Below, one piece after another: positions 35,310-49,474 of a stretch of DNA of 64,000 bases (positions are counted from its first letter, which is position 1; each line of letters begins with the position of its first letter). The notes under the pieces are model-generated. The model did no database searches. It was not told the origin of the DNA and worked only from the letters and a program-made list of their open reading frames with translations. A program made the position numbers and the translations under genes. This DNA is from Vairimorpha necatrix. Taxonomy: Eukaryota. The DNA lies in assembly GCA_036630325.1 (NCBI GenBank), contig CP142731.1, positions 1,054,001 to 1,118,000 of the forward strand, in the 5' to 3' direction.

Positions 35310-37984
35310 TATCAAATTTAAACCATGCAATTGGTATCTTATTGTCATTATACATAACCTACTACTGTACTTTGCCTATTTTTTCGATTCCATTGTATTT
35401 TTTTTCAATATACAGCCCACCTTTTGCATTTGTTTACGTTCGTATTTCTAGTTAATTTCTAGATCTATTTATCTATTCTAAACTAAGTATAGACTTCTTT
35501 TCAGCTGACTTTTATTAACTCACTTTGATGATTCGGTAATATGTAACCGCAATCATTTAACCACATACGGATTTAATTTAGACTTGTTGTAATATATATA
35601 TATATAAGCTGTATGTTACAATGTTGTACCTAATTATGATTCTTTTGTGCTTCTATATTCATAGTATCTAATACGAAAATCACAACCCTAACTATGATTA
35701 TTATAACATTAATTTTCTTATACATTTAGGTATAAGATTTTTGTTGGATTATATTAAACTTATTTATAATAGTATTTTTTTAATTGCTATAAAAATTTTT
35801 TGATTTTATTTTTTTAATTTCTTTTTTTGTAAGTATAAATACAAAAAAAAGAATGAATTTTCGCAAAATAAAAATAAAAAATAATAAACAAACACTAATA
35901 GCAAGTTAATGTTTTATGTTAATTTCGTGATTTGTGAAATTTTTTTCTAATTTTTTTCGCGATTTTCACAACAGATTAAATGTCTATAAACAGTTTGACA
36001 CTTTTGTATTGCTTATTAATTTTTTTTTGCAGGTATTTCTTTTAGGTTTTTGAAATAAATCTTATCGCTCGGTTAAATTAATCTAGATTCAAAAATCAAT
36101 CATATAGCAATGCTTGGTTTAATAGCAGGTTTCATATTTGGAGTACTATTAGTAAGAATCTCACATAATAAGACTTTAATTTTTGACGTCTTGAGTCTCG
36201 TTGATACACACGTAATGAGTATACTTTCTCGTTCCAAGATTAAAAAAATGGTTTGCTTGTAAAAAGATTTTACCTTATTAAGCCGTTTATTATATCAACA
36301 TTTTTATAAATTTTATAATATTGAGAGTTATGGAAGTCTGAAACAGGTAAAGCTATTATAAGAAAAGTATGAAGCTAAATAAAATTGTTTTCTTGAAATA
36401 TATACAAAAATGACCTTAAAATAAATAATAAAGAGGGGAATTTGTGAGTTACAATTAAAAAGTGTTGCTTAAATTTAGCTAATATTTATTTTTTCGCGTT
36501 GATTTTAAAAACTATAGATCATCGTTTATGTTATTCAAAATAATCTGCGCAATATCAATACTTGAAATTGGCAAATATATTTTTTATATAAAAAAAATTT
36601 ATATGTCATCCTTGTTATTGGCGTGTGACATCTTTTTTATATGTACTATAGAACTTAACACTCTCATATTAAGCATTTGTTTTAGAATCATAAATTCGTT
36701 AACATGATATTTTGAACATACTAACTTCTTCCGAAATCTAATATACCACCTGTTGCGAATATTTTCCTGGATAAATTTTTTTTTTTAAGATAAATAAACT
36801 TGCTTCACAAGATATAAATCATTGCACTTTGATAGAGTTTTTTTTGATTCCGAGATTAAAGAATTTGAGAAAATTTGTTTTATATGGTTCCTTGTGTGAA
36901 TTTATAATAATTTTTTAAATTTTATTTTTTGGATTCATTATTGGTTCTTTGTCTGTCAATTTGTCTTTCTTCCAGTTATACTTATATGTAATAAAATACT
37001 ATATAATTCTAAAATTTTTATATGTATAATAATTTCTAAACATTCATACTTGGTATAATATAAATATAAAGATCAAAATGATGATTTCAAACTCCCCCAA
37101 CAATGTTTTGAAATTAAAATCCTATTAGGTTACCTTTACAAATTTATTTGCTCATAAATAATGTAATATCAAAACAAATTACACTTTAGGACTTATTCGA
37201 CTTCTGTTATAGTCAATTATATCGTCATTATCTATAGTTGATACATAATAGCATTTAAAATTTTATTTGTTTGTAGTATCACTTCAATGTTCCTAGAGTC
37301 ATCTTACACTCAAAGATATTAAATGCTCAGATTTTTCTAAAATACTAAGTTAACTGATAAAAAAAATAAGAAATTGACAACAAGTTTAATACTTTAATAA
37401 AATAAGTAATATAAAGTTTGTATATTGTTTTTCTGGCAAGTATTACAATGTATTAATTTCATGAATTATTAAGTAATTTTGTAAAACAAACCGAAAACAC
37501 ATATAATTGCTATAAATAATTAAATCAAATCGAAATAAAATGATAGTATTTTATTATTGTAAATTAATATTTTTTGTTGCATAGACATTAATCCTTTTTT
37601 TAATTTTTTATGAATATTTGACATGCAAAACATGCTTAATATCAATATAATTATGACGTTTTTAGAAATTTGACAGCCGCTTTTAATGTACTATATACTA
37701 TCTGTTGGAAAAAAAAGTTAATCAAATTTAACTTGAATATGTCAATTAATAAGTTGGAGTATTAGATGATAGAACAAGACATCATATTTTATTTGAAATT
37801 TTCCGTTTGGACAAATATTAGAAAAACCATATTAAAGTCAAATATATCATTGAGGAAGAATAGTTCGTTTATACATAAATTGCACCAAGATCAGCAATTT
37901 TTTTTCTTGATTGATTTATTAATTTAAATTAAGAAATTTTTAAAATTTAAAATTATGTATAAAAATAAATGAATAACGGTCCCC

Positions 37985-38566
37985 ATGATTTTTCCTTTGA
38001 TGAATTTGTTAGGAATTTTTTGTAGTGATTATATTTTTATTGATCCAAAAGACGATCAACATTCTAATGTCTACATATCGTTAAACAATCTTGAAATTGT
38101 AGCGAATCTAGAAATATATATTATTAGCAAACATCATAATAAAATTGAAAAGAAAACTGGAGAATTTTTTTATTATTATACACCGCTAATTGAAAAAGAA
38201 CAACATGGTCTTATAACATCGTTGGAAGACTTTGATTTTAGAAACGATGAAGATTTAGAAATGATAAAAAATTTTTATGATAATGAATATATGTTTAAAA
38301 CAACTTACGATCGGAATGAGGATAATATAAACTGCATTGAAGGATTGTTTATTAGTAAAGATCCAACAAAATATTTTTATAAAACAAGTCCTATTGATAC
38401 ATTAAATGATGAAAGAAATATACAAGAATTAGATTTTAGGTTTCTTTGTAACAGCAATAGTCAAGGGTGTGCGTTAAAGATTAATGTATTGGATCTTGGC
38501 AATTATTTTACGCCCGAAGAATTTAAATGGAAAGGGAATAAGCGACAATTGGCTTTCAATCAATAA
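37985..38566 (+). CDS. Family B paralog 1, C-terminally truncated (193 aa); decayed tail to ~38965
   Basis: Highly similar to 43453-44454; frameshift near 38550, downstream homologous tail has several indels and stops; GGTCCCC before the ATG. Confidence 0.75.
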   Translation: MIFPLMNLLGIFCSDYIFIDPKDDQHSNVYISLNNLEIVANLEIYIISKHHNKIEKKTGEFFYYYTPLIEKEQHGLITSLEDFDFRNDEDLEMIKNFYDNEYMFKTTYDRNEDNINCIEGLFISKDPTKYFYKTSPIDTLNDERNIQELDFRFLCNSNSQGCALKINVLDLGNYFTPEEFKWKGNKRQLAFNQ

Positions 38567-39899
38567 ATAATGAGCACTAAATGCTAGGAATACTTAAAAT
38601 GCCTAAAATGATACATAATAGTCCGTAATAATGATAAAGAGGGTGATAAACCTAATAATATATATCCAGAGGATATAATTCGAATTGAATAGCACAGAAG
38701 AAAGTTTTTACCAATGATGCTGATGAATTTATTACCAATAAATCCAAACTAGCAAAGAGTAATCGAATTCAACAAATATTAAAGATCAAGACAAAACTCA
38801 AAGTTTCTCAACAAATAATAATAACCTACCATAAAAAAGGCAAAAATAAAGAAGATGAGAAAAAACGCAAATCCCGGGCAGGATGACTTCGAAAATAACT
38901 CTAATTTCTTTCGTAACTTTTAACGTATACAATTATCGGTATTTTAATATTTAGCATTTTTATAATAAAATATTTGATTTGAATGGACAAAATATTTTTT
39001 AGCAATATTATTTATCACTTTTTCGCCTTAAATAATAGTTATAATTATGTATTTTCGTTCATTAATGATATTTATAAGCCATAGTCAGTTTTATATAATA
39101 TTTTCAATATAAATGTTTTTTTTATTACCAATGTTAAAAATTGAATTTTAAGAAAAAAATTTAAAACCATTAAAACCATTCTTAAATGGAGTGTACCTTT
39201 TCTACATAATAAAAATTTGTTTTTTTTGATTTATACGTTAAAATTTAAAAAAAGGGTTTGATTTTTTTATGTTATAATATTTAATAAAAAATATTTTTTT
39301 CACTGTTTTTCTTTGGTGTTGGATACAATAATATACATTCGAGTCGTCTCTATAGGATCTAATATGTTATATTTTTATACTGTAGAACTATTTACGTTTT
39401 CTTTTACGTCGTCGACCAATTTATTAGACTATAAATTATTTTGCTGGACAATAAATGAACGTTGGAGCGTAAAATGTTGAATAATAGTTTATAAGTGTTT
39501 TTAGGATGTTTTATCCCATCTACATATTATAGTATCATATATCGCCCTTTTGCGTCCGGTATCTTGTTCTGATTACAATAATTTTATTTTCGTAACTTTT
39601 TCTTATCGCAATTTAGGTGCATACTAGTAGGTAAGTGCAACTTCCGATACGAATATAACTCTTTTAATATTTCAAAAAAACATCAACCATAAAATGGTTA
39701 TTTTTTTTGAACCTTCGGATGCCTACCAATATTAAAGTTCGATCATTTCCACAATCTCTGTACTAAGTGATTACGTATCATTTTAAGATTTTTAGAAACA
39801 TATTTACTTGGTTTTAAATTTCTATATTCCCATGTTTGTATTTAATAGTGCCATAAAATTTGAAAAATAAAATAAAAAGATTATCGAATAAAATCTTCT

Positions 39900-40135
39900 C
39901 TCACTTTTACCATCTAACCCGGCTACCATATTTCTGTAAAACCAGGACACTCACAGCTAAAATCATAATCTAATAAAAATCAAGACTTGCTCCAATTGGA
40001 CTTTTTGCAGGATAATAAGATAAAAATCTTGCCTTGAGAATCGAAAAAAATTCTTCGATGGTATTTTATTGTGGAGAATAAGAAATCAGAAACATGATAG
40101 GCAGGTTAGAAGAGGCAATATTGATAGAAGACTTT
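39900..40135 (-). pseudogene. Tc1/IS630-like transposase relic
   Basis: FLISYSPQ*NTIEEFFSILKAR resembles the YSP.LNPIE motif. Confidence 0.6.
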
Positions 40136-40191
40136 ATTTAATAAACTTTTTCTATATTTAAAAATCTCAAATTTTAAAAATAAAGAAATTT

Positions 40192-40312
40192 AAACATGGG
40201 AATATAGAATTTTAAACATGGAAATTTAGAAATCAAACATGGGAAAATAGAAATTCAAACATGGGAATATAATTCAAACAGGGCACTATAGAAATCTAAA
40301 CAGAGCACTATA
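40192..40312. repeat. ~21-bp tandem repeat (AAACATGGGAATATAGAAATT-like, about 6 copies)
   Basis: Degenerate copies read directly; one inverted copy at 39813-39838. Confidence 0.85.
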
Positions 40313-41270
40313 ACATTTTATCCCCCATAGTACATAATAAAAGCTGAATATACCTAACTAATTAATTGTCATTTATGTAATAAAAACTAAACATTGCATT
40401 TCTCTTTTTATCCAAATAAATGCAGTAACAATATCCACATTTTTTACTATATACTTAAATAAATTTATGCCTTATTGTTTCGGATATATCTGTTGTATAA
40501 TTGAACTTTATTGTAATTTATAAGAATCTTCAATGCTTTCTGTTTTCTTTTTTAAAATTTAAACGACTTTCATTTTTCTTTCTTGCTTATAATTGAAGTA
40601 AAGTCCGTCGTTTAGGCTTTTACTAGCCTTCTAACAGGTGCAGAATACATTAATATAATTATTAAATTGTGACTTGTCTTCAAAAAACCTGTCTAGTTAT
40701 ATTTATCATAAAAATACCGTTGCTATAGTTCCAGAAGACTCGGGTAAAAATGATAATTGTAATATATCGAAAGATTGTGTTGATGCATAAAGAATGCGAT
40801 TTCACCCCTGGCTAGCTATAAAAATTTTATTATTAGTGTGTATAGATTTTATTGATGTTAAAATATTCATAAGCTAATAGTTAGTAAAATTTATAATTTT
40901 TTTCATCGTCCATACACGCAGATATTTACAGTTTAGGGGGATACAACGTTATTCCCTAAGACATAAAATATGAATACAAGATTAACATGATTGTACATAA
41001 ATTACTATAAGATTTTAAATTTTAGTTTACTAAGCACCATTGGATGCGTTTCTTCGCGCTAAATTATGGTGCTTCAAGTAATAGAACAATTTTCATCGAT
41101 CTTATCATACAGTATTTTCTAAAAGTGCACAGAACATGTGAAAGAATATTAATTAACGTAGCGTAGCATACTAAGTGGTGGATTAAGATGTTCTTTTAAA
41201 GCATATGACTTTAAGCTGATGCCTCTAAGTGAGCCGATGTAATATTAAAATTATAATATGAAAAAAAATG

Positions 41271-42990
41271 AAATTTATTTGAGTATAATGTAATTATATA
41301 TCTTGCTAATTACTTTTCACAAAAAAAATTTACAATATTTTGGACAACACCAAGAGTACTTTCCAAAATACACATATACGGCTCTCGAATACCCCTTCCT
41401 GCACAGTATCAAGCCCATGTCTTATTGACATAGTTAGGCTTTCTAAAGTCATTTTAAAACTCTTGTCTGTATATATGCTTCCGTTCTGGGTTCTAATTTG
41501 AGCTCTTTGATATGCGATCGGTGGGAATTAGTTATTATTCTTACTTCAAGTCATCACATGACGAATAATTTTCGGCTTATATTTATAAAGAGAAGCCACA
41601 CGATTGCAAGCAAGTCGTAATAATGTTTATTTTTCTACAACATGAACGTTGTTAAAGCTTGTGATTCTAACTCCAACGACGATCACTATTTCTCAACTTG
41701 CCCACAATTAGTATATCAGGCTTGTTATTTATATTTTAATACTTGAATGTATCCTAGTGTCAACTCGTATCTCAAAAAATTGGCTACACATTCCTGGACT
41801 ATATAGTTTCTAATTCTTTTAGCAGGGATAATCTATACGTCTTACATAACTGAAGAGGTATGCATCGCAGAGCCCCTTGTGCCGTCTTATGTAATCATGT
41901 AAAAGCATACGATCATATAAAGTGGTCATATAATCTACCGTCTTTTGCATTTTCGTGACAGTGTGGGCATTTTATCTGTTATTCTAAGAAAATATTTCAG
42001 TTCTTTAATGCACATTAATTACTTTCATAGCTTGGGTCTAAATCCCCCTTTGTAAGCCACTTAGTAGTTTGTTTTATAAAAATAAGTGGATTGTCTCGGG
42101 ATATAAATGGCTTTATATGGTTTATTTGTTTCTATATCGCAATAAAAGTTTCGTTTTATGTCTCTATTAATGTTTTAACTGTGACATTTTCCTTAAGTTT
42201 ATATTTCTCTTTTGTATATCCTTCTGTGGTTGACTGTATGTGTAGCCAGTTTTCCTCGGAGTTGAACATTGCTTTGCGTCTTAGAACAGATTCTGTCGTG
42301 CTTTCAAATTCTTTGGCTAATCTAAAAGTATTTTATACTTGTATGTTTTTGTATTTGAAGCAACTTTTAACTTCAGCTCTAGAGAGATAACATCTTTCCT
42401 TAGTTGCAGGCTGTTAGTGGGCGTTAATTTGGTAAATAATTTTCTAATGTTGTCGTCTATGATCTTGTATTCTTCCGGCTCAGCATCTATCCCTATGGGA
42501 CGTAAATTAAAGTTATTCCATTTATAATTGTTTTGAACAATAGTTTCGCATTCGGCTTAGTATTACATAACTTTTAATATTTATAAGATGGCTCCCATAT
42601 TTTTTTTTTGTTTTCTTCATTAGCTTACCTTCGTAACTTTCTGTGATGCCTAGATATCTATACCCTCATGCTCTTTTAGCAGCTTACCTTTCCTTTTAAC
42701 ATCATACTAGTTGTAGCCGATTTTCTGCATTGGTTTATAAACTTACTTAATAAAGTTTGTGTTTTAACTTCATATCTTTCAATATTTTTCCATTCCTGCA
42801 AGTAAGTTTAAATCAAAATAAACAACAGATGGTTAGTTAAAAATGCTTGTTATACAGAGAGATGCTTACCTTTGGATAAATATCGCTCAATTCCGAACAA
42901 GCGGGTCCTTACATTGAACAAACAAAAGCGGGGACAGATTATCTCCGTGTAATACTTCTCTTCTAGCATTTTTCTTCATGATCTTCTCAT
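41271..42990 (-). mobile_element. Decayed RLE-type non-LTR retrotransposon (subfamily 2) with RT remnant
   Basis: LHGDNLS.LLF and TNHLLFI RT motifs, YLGI, WLTKG, CPHC, NKPDILI; 3' end shared with the 19069 fragment. Confidence 0.85.
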
Positions 42991-43452
42991 AAATAATTTT
43001 ATTTAAATATTTTTTATTGTTAAGTGGATATGGACTAATATATCAACATTATTCCTATTTTCAAGTTTTTATAAAAATTTGACATGTAAAATATGCTAAA
43101 TATTAATATAATTATGACGCCCTTGAAATTTACGACAGCATTTTTTAATGTATAATCCACAAATGTTGATCTAAAAACAATCAAACTAATCTTAGATATG
43201 ACAAATCCAACTTTGGCATATATACGGTAGAACAAGACATAATAGCATTATTTGAAATTTTCCGTTTGGACATTTTTAGAAAAAACCATCTTAAAAATAC
43301 TCAATGTCAAATATATCTTTGATACAAAACAGTAGGTTATATCATAATTCGAATCATGAATAACAATTTTTTTCTTGATTGATTTATTAATTTAAATTAA
43401 GAAATTTTTAAAATTTAAAATTATATATAAAAATAAATTAATAACGGTCCCT

Positions 43453-44454
43453 ATGATTTTTCCTTTGATTAATTTGTTAGGAATATTTTGCGGTGATTAT
43501 GCTTTTATTGATCCAAAAGATGATAAATATTCTAATGTCTACATGTCGTTAAATAATCTGGAAACTGTAGAGAATCTTGAAATAACTATCATTAGCAAAC
43601 GTTATAATAAAAAAGAAATTGAAGGAATTATTTATTACTTTGAGACATTAAATATTAAAGAACAAGAAGACCTTATAACATCGTTGGAAGAATTTGATTT
43701 TAGAAACGATGAAGAATTAGAAATGATAAAAAATTTTTATGATAATAAATTTATATTAAAAACAACAGTAGATCGTAAAAAAGAAAATGTAAATCGGGTT
43801 AGGGGATTGTTTATTAGTATCGATCCAAAGAAATCTTTTTATAAAACAAGTCCTATTTATATGTTTAATGATGAAAAAAATATACAAGAATTAGATTTTA
43901 GGTTTCTTTGTAACAGCAATAGTCAAGACTGCGAGGAAAAAATTACAACATTGGCTCTCGACAATCTGTTTACAGTCGAAGATTTCAAATGGAAGGTCAA
44001 AAAGCAACCTCTAGTGTTTCAACCAATAAAGAACGAGTCAATAAATGCAAGGAATGATGAGCCTATACAAAAAAAAGCCATAATGGTCCGTGATTATGAT
44101 AAAGAAGATAAAATAAATGATAATTTGTTGTCAGAGAATATAACTGGGAATAAACAAGTACAGAAGAAAATTTTAAAAAAAGATATTAATAATAAAAATC
44201 CCAATAAATCTGAACTAGCAAAAAATAATCCGAATTCAACAAATAATGGAGATCAAGACAAAGACCAAAGTTTTACTTCGAACAATAATAAACCTAAATC
44301 TAAGAAAGACGAAAATAATGAAAATGCAAAAAAATCAAATCCCGAACATGATGATTCCGATTGTAACACTAATTTTTTACAGTCACTGTTGTTGTATACG
44401 ATTATGTTTATTTTTATTATTATCTTGATCTTATATTTAGCATTAAAGAAATAA
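43453..44454 (+). CDS. Family B paralog 2, putative type-I membrane/surface protein (333 aa)
   Basis: Signal-like MIFPLINLLGIFC, N/K/D-rich stalk, C-terminal hydrophobic helix LLLYTIMFIFIIILILYLAL; GGTCCCT before the ATG. Confidence 0.9.
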   Translation: MIFPLINLLGIFCGDYAFIDPKDDKYSNVYMSLNNLETVENLEITIISKRYNKKEIEGIIYYFETLNIKEQEDLITSLEEFDFRNDEELEMIKNFYDNKFILKTTVDRKKENVNRVRGLFISIDPKKSFYKTSPIYMFNDEKNIQELDFRFLCNSNSQDCEEKITTLALDNLFTVEDFKWKVKKQPLVFQPIKNESINARNDEPIQKKAIMVRDYDKEDKINDNLLSENITGNKQVQKKILKKDINNKNPNKSELAKNNPNSTNNGDQDKDQSFTSNNNKPKSKKDENNENAKKSNPEHDDSDCNTNFLQSLLLYTIMFIFIIILILYLALKK

Positions 44455-47400
44455 ATTATTTACTTTTAAGAAGTCAAAAAAAAAAATTCCTAATTGTTTC
44501 TTAGTTTTACTTCTCTTGTAAAATATCAAGTTTCTATGCGTTTTCATAAAATTTTTTTCAAAAACTACCTAAATAAGACATCAAGGTTCTATAAATAAAT
44601 TTTGACTTTCTAATGAGAATTGTGGAGGTTTTATTTTGAAAAGTTGAAATTGTTACATCTTAAAAATATTTGAAAAGGAAGTGTAACTTTCCAATATGTA
44701 TTTTGTTTTAATTTTGAGGTATTTTATTTAAAAAACAGCGATTTATCTGGGATAATGTTAGGTTAAAATATTTAAATAACTTTTTTTTATATTTTTTTAA
44801 TTTAATATTAAGTACCAACAGAACACATTTTCGGGGGCTCGTCAAAGGAACGGCAATAACAGACTTTGCGTACTGTAATACTATTTGTATTTTCAAATCT
44901 AGATGTGTAAGAAATTCTCACTTCAACAGACATAATTATAGTGTTTTTCGGATGATGAACTTTTATCTCTATCTATTTCTTCTTCTCGGTCATCTTCTTG
45001 ACAATCTTCGTCGTCGAATGACAAAAAAAGACTCTAATTATTCTTCGTTACAATAACTGAACATATCTTATTGAAAGATTAAGATTATAGCTCTTAACAA
45101 AGTTTCTTGCAATGTTTCGTCAAAACTACGCGTTATAATATCATATATTAATTTTTTGTCCGATTTATTGATATATTTGCAAGAAAAATATTCCCATAAA
45201 TTTCTTCTCATCTTGTTTAGGCTGGTCGGTTATGGCTCTGATATTAATATTTTTTTTATTTAGTTTAAAAAAAAATTTAGCGTCTTAACTTGTTTCATTT
45301 ACTATTTTAAATCATTAAACGCCCACTCTTATTCTAGCTCCTTAATATTTCATAATCTCTGTAATGTGTCCACAATAATTTGAGACTATTAAAAACATAT
45401 TTAAAAAAGATAAAAGGTCAATACATATAAATAACGCGTTGTCTTTTCATATAATCCATAACTTTTTTTACATCACACTTACCATCTAAGCGAACCACAC
45501 TATTCAATGAGATCTCTTAAACACATATCTTTCTTGTCCAGAAATATCTCTTTCCTATAGATGCAAAAAATTGCTTAAATTTATGGCTTATTGTCCACAT
45601 TGACCAATTCTGTAGTATAAAAAATTGATGCTTGATCTCATATTGAACTATAAACGACATTCGTATTTTTATAATAACTAATTTGCTGTAGAAATTCCTT
45701 TTTAGCATCTAAATATAGCTAATACATACATATAGTTGTTTAAAATTGTGTTTTTCCATTAGAAAATATGTTTGAGCAAATTTACCATTAAAAATTATTG
45801 TTGAGTTTTAGGGGACTTGACGTACAAAACATAGTTATAGCTAAACGAAAATATTGTGTTGATCCAAAAAGAAATGTTGTTTGATTAATATCGAGAACAA
45901 CAAAATTTTTTTTACTAGCATGTATTAGATTTTTTGTACTGATATATTTTAGCGGTAATAGTTCTTTAAAAAAAATTATCATCCAAAGACGACGATATTT
46001 ACATATATTGGATAATAAAACCTATAACAAAGTCAAAAGAAATAAATTTTTAAAACATTAACGTAATTAAAATTCTTTAATATTATAAAAGCTTCATTAC
46101 TGCTATTTTCTGGTACTTTGAATGTTATATATATGAGACTAAGAGAATAGTGCGAGGTTTCTATGTATCTAATTATAAATTCTATAATAGTAGACAGAAC
46201 ATGAGCAAGACAAGTGATTAAAGCAAACTTAAAAAACAAGGTTGATGAAATGTTGATGTAAAGAGTTTGCGAAGAGCAGATTCTTGTAAGTTCTCATGTA
46301 TTATTAAAGCGATATTATTTTTTTAAATCATAACATGTAAACATATTTTTATTTTGAATAGCAAATTGCGAACAAGAAAAGACCACAACGGTAAACGATT
46401 CTCATAAACAAAAATCAAAAATACGTCAGAGTTTATTATGCATTCAAGTTTTATAGTAAATTTGATGAAAAATTGTTTACAAGCCCAGTAAGATTATATA
46501 ATTTCTTTTATGAGTCCGTTTGATTTTAATTTGAATTTTTCGGTTTCGTAATTAGAAAAAAAAATTATTTTTTATCGATTATTTTTCTTAAAATTATCCG
46601 GACCGATGACAACGTTTCTATATTTAATGATAATATTCAGGTTTTTTGACTCTCTATTTATTATCTTTAATTTTTTTTGTCTCTTTTACGAGTTATTTTC
46701 TTTAATCTATAAATTTTTGCAATATCAACGCTACACAATATAGAGGCTTCGCTTGATTAAACATAAGAACTAACTACCCATATATATTTTTTACACGGGA
46801 CTACAAATTGCCTTTGTGGTGATATATCAGAGTTCTGAATTGTATATTGAATTGAAGTGTTTACATTGTTAATTTTTAAAATACACCTCTATAAAGGACA
46901 CGCAAATGCTTTACCCCACGCAAATTATGGATAACATGAACTAAAATCCCTTATAAGTCTGGAAAAAATACAGCTCCTAATCGACGCCTAATAGATTTCG
47001 ATACGACTCAACTATGAAATTTTTTTGCCGATCATAATGTCTAATCTAACAATTTTAACATTTTAGTGTGGTGTTAGCACCAGGGAGGCGGCCTGTTTGT
47101 AAATAGCACTCTATGGTGCTCCTCCCTGCAATATAACGTTGATTGTTATTATAATTATTTTTATTGTTTGGTTTAATTGACTCCTTGTTTTCTCTTCTCA
47201 GTTTCATCCTTATGTGTATTGGGTAAAATAAAAGGAAAATATTTATAGTAAAATATTTTCTAGAAAATTCATTTGGAGGGAAAAATAAAATATTAAAATA
47301 ATGTGGTAAATAATACCACATTTAGATTTTTCCGTTTGATTTTTAAACGCTTACTCACGTTTACAGACCCAACATTCTTGACAAATATTCTCAGCTTTTG

Positions 47401-48101
47401 TAAAATATGCTTTGATAGAAGATTAAAATTAAATTATAACGAACGATTAATACGATTTTAACCCAATGCTACTTTTATGTAAATTTTTTTAGATGCTAAA
47501 AAAATCATGTCAATCGGCTTTAGAAGCTTGACACGTTAACTTAAGTCAGCATGCTTTAAAATAAATCATGTAAGTCTACAATAAAATACAGGTTTTATTC
47601 ACATCAAAAGTTTCCGCCGAAAATTTTATAGGTATATACCCTGATAGGTTTTAAGTACAGATACTTTTCTTATAGCAAATTAATAATTTACTTGCAATTC
47701 AAAAATTTTTTATCAAAATTTAAAAATATTTAAAATTTAGATTCTTATCGTTGGCTATATACACACGATATTTTTTTACTTAAATTGCATTTATTTTTTA
47801 AAGTTATCAAATCTTTATAATAATCAGTAGATCTCTTTATTCTTTTACACACTTTTAAATCAATGTTTTTAACTAGGTAAAAATTATATTTAACTATATT
47901 TTTCTATAAAAATATTATTGTGTATAGTTTAAAACTATTTTTGAAATTTTCATTAATTTTTATTACAATGTGTAATCTTTTTTTTTTTACCCTACCTATT
48001 TTAATAAATGTCAAATATATCATAAAACGTTCATTATCTCAATGCATTTTACTATCAAATTTATCTTTTTATTCTACAAAAATCAATTTTAAACTCACCC
48101 C

Positions 48102-48674
48102 ATGATTTTTCCTTCTTTAAATTTGTTTACAGCCTTTTGTTCAGATTACCTTTTAATAATCCCATCCACCAGTACTGATTTCAATATCTACTTATCTCTA
48201 AACAACTTAGATAATATATCTTATTTATCGATATTAATCGCCGAATGTCATCCTTTAGAACATTACAACGAGATTACAAATATTTTTTCCAGTAATTCTC
48301 ATAAATCATTGTATAGATTTAACCCTATAACTTCAAATGAACTCAATGATTTATTAAAATTCAAAATTTATGAAGATTTAGAAATGATAAATTTATTTTA
48401 CAATAATAAATTTATATTAAAAACGACATTGTCACTTGTAAGAAATAGGTCTTATTATATCACAGGAATGTTTTTTTACAATAATAATAATAGTAATTGT
48501 TTCTATAAAACAAGCAAGAGGAATATATTTTTTAGCAATAAAATGTTACAAGAAATTAAATGGGGATTTTGTGGGTATAGTGAGATTAATAAAGAGAGAG
48601 TTGATGTTTCTAAGTTGTGTGAAGAAGAATATTTCAAGCCTGAAGATTTTACTGACACTATAAACAGTCTCTAG
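48102..48674 (+). CDS. Family B paralog 3, divergent and truncated (190 aa)
   Basis: MIFP start, YLSLNNL, EDLEMI..FYNNKFILKTT, FYKTS, F..EDF; CACCCC before the ATG. Confidence 0.8.
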   Translation: MIFPSLNLFTAFCSDYLLIIPSTSTDFNIYLSLNNLDNISYLSILIAECHPLEHYNEITNIFSSNSHKSLYRFNPITSNELNDLLKFKIYEDLEMINLFYNNKFILKTTLSLVRNRSYYITGMFFYNNNNSNCFYKTSKRNIFFSNKMLQEIKWGFCGYSEINKERVDVSKLCEEEYFKPEDFTDTINSL

Positions 48675-49474
48675 TGTTTACAAGAATAAAAAGCAATAAT
48701 ATAAGCTTATACTCGAAAAAAAAGATAAAACGAGGACGAAAATGGGTAACTTAAGAATAATAATCAAGCTTTACTTAGTAAGCAATAATTAATTATTGAC
48801 TGATTTTTCAAGAATATAATCTTAAAAGAATAATGAATATGTGAATAAATCATTAATTAATGACCTACCTAAATGTTTTTATCTATGTATAAAATATTCT
48901 TTTTAAATAATAAAGGCCGTAAAAAGCCATAATTATATGAATCATTTTTTTTAGATTTATATCGTATCTTTCTCACCAGTTCCTAAAAAAAATAACCTCT
49001 TTAGCATTTACTTCAAGACTTGCAATTAACCATAGAAATCTCTGTTTTTTCCTGCCCAATTAGAAAAATTTCATATCTGTAAGATAGCTTTTTCAATTTT
49101 ATAAAAATTTTATTTTTTATCAATATGACTTATATAGTTTCTAAAGTTCTACCTCATATTATATTTGTTTAATAATGTAGTTTTGTGTTTCTTCTGTCTT
49201 TAAACTTAAACCTTTATTTATATTTTTTCAATATATATTAATAAAAAACAAATATACTAAATTTAATTTGATTTATTTGCATTTTGTTTGTTTTAAATAT
49301 GTTCTTAAAATTTACTCATAGTATAATAAATTTTTTTTAATCTCATACATATTATATTTAAAATGTCGTGTTAAGATATGTCTTAATTCTAGTATAAGAC
49401 ACAATAATGGTAAAATATAAAATGTTGTTTTTTTCATATCATTTTATTTTCCTTTATAAATGTTACATACCATT

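Noticed and set aside
44700..47330. Short ORFs and possible integrase/transposase relics
   Set aside because: Only faint motif resemblance; cannot be supported without a translated search.
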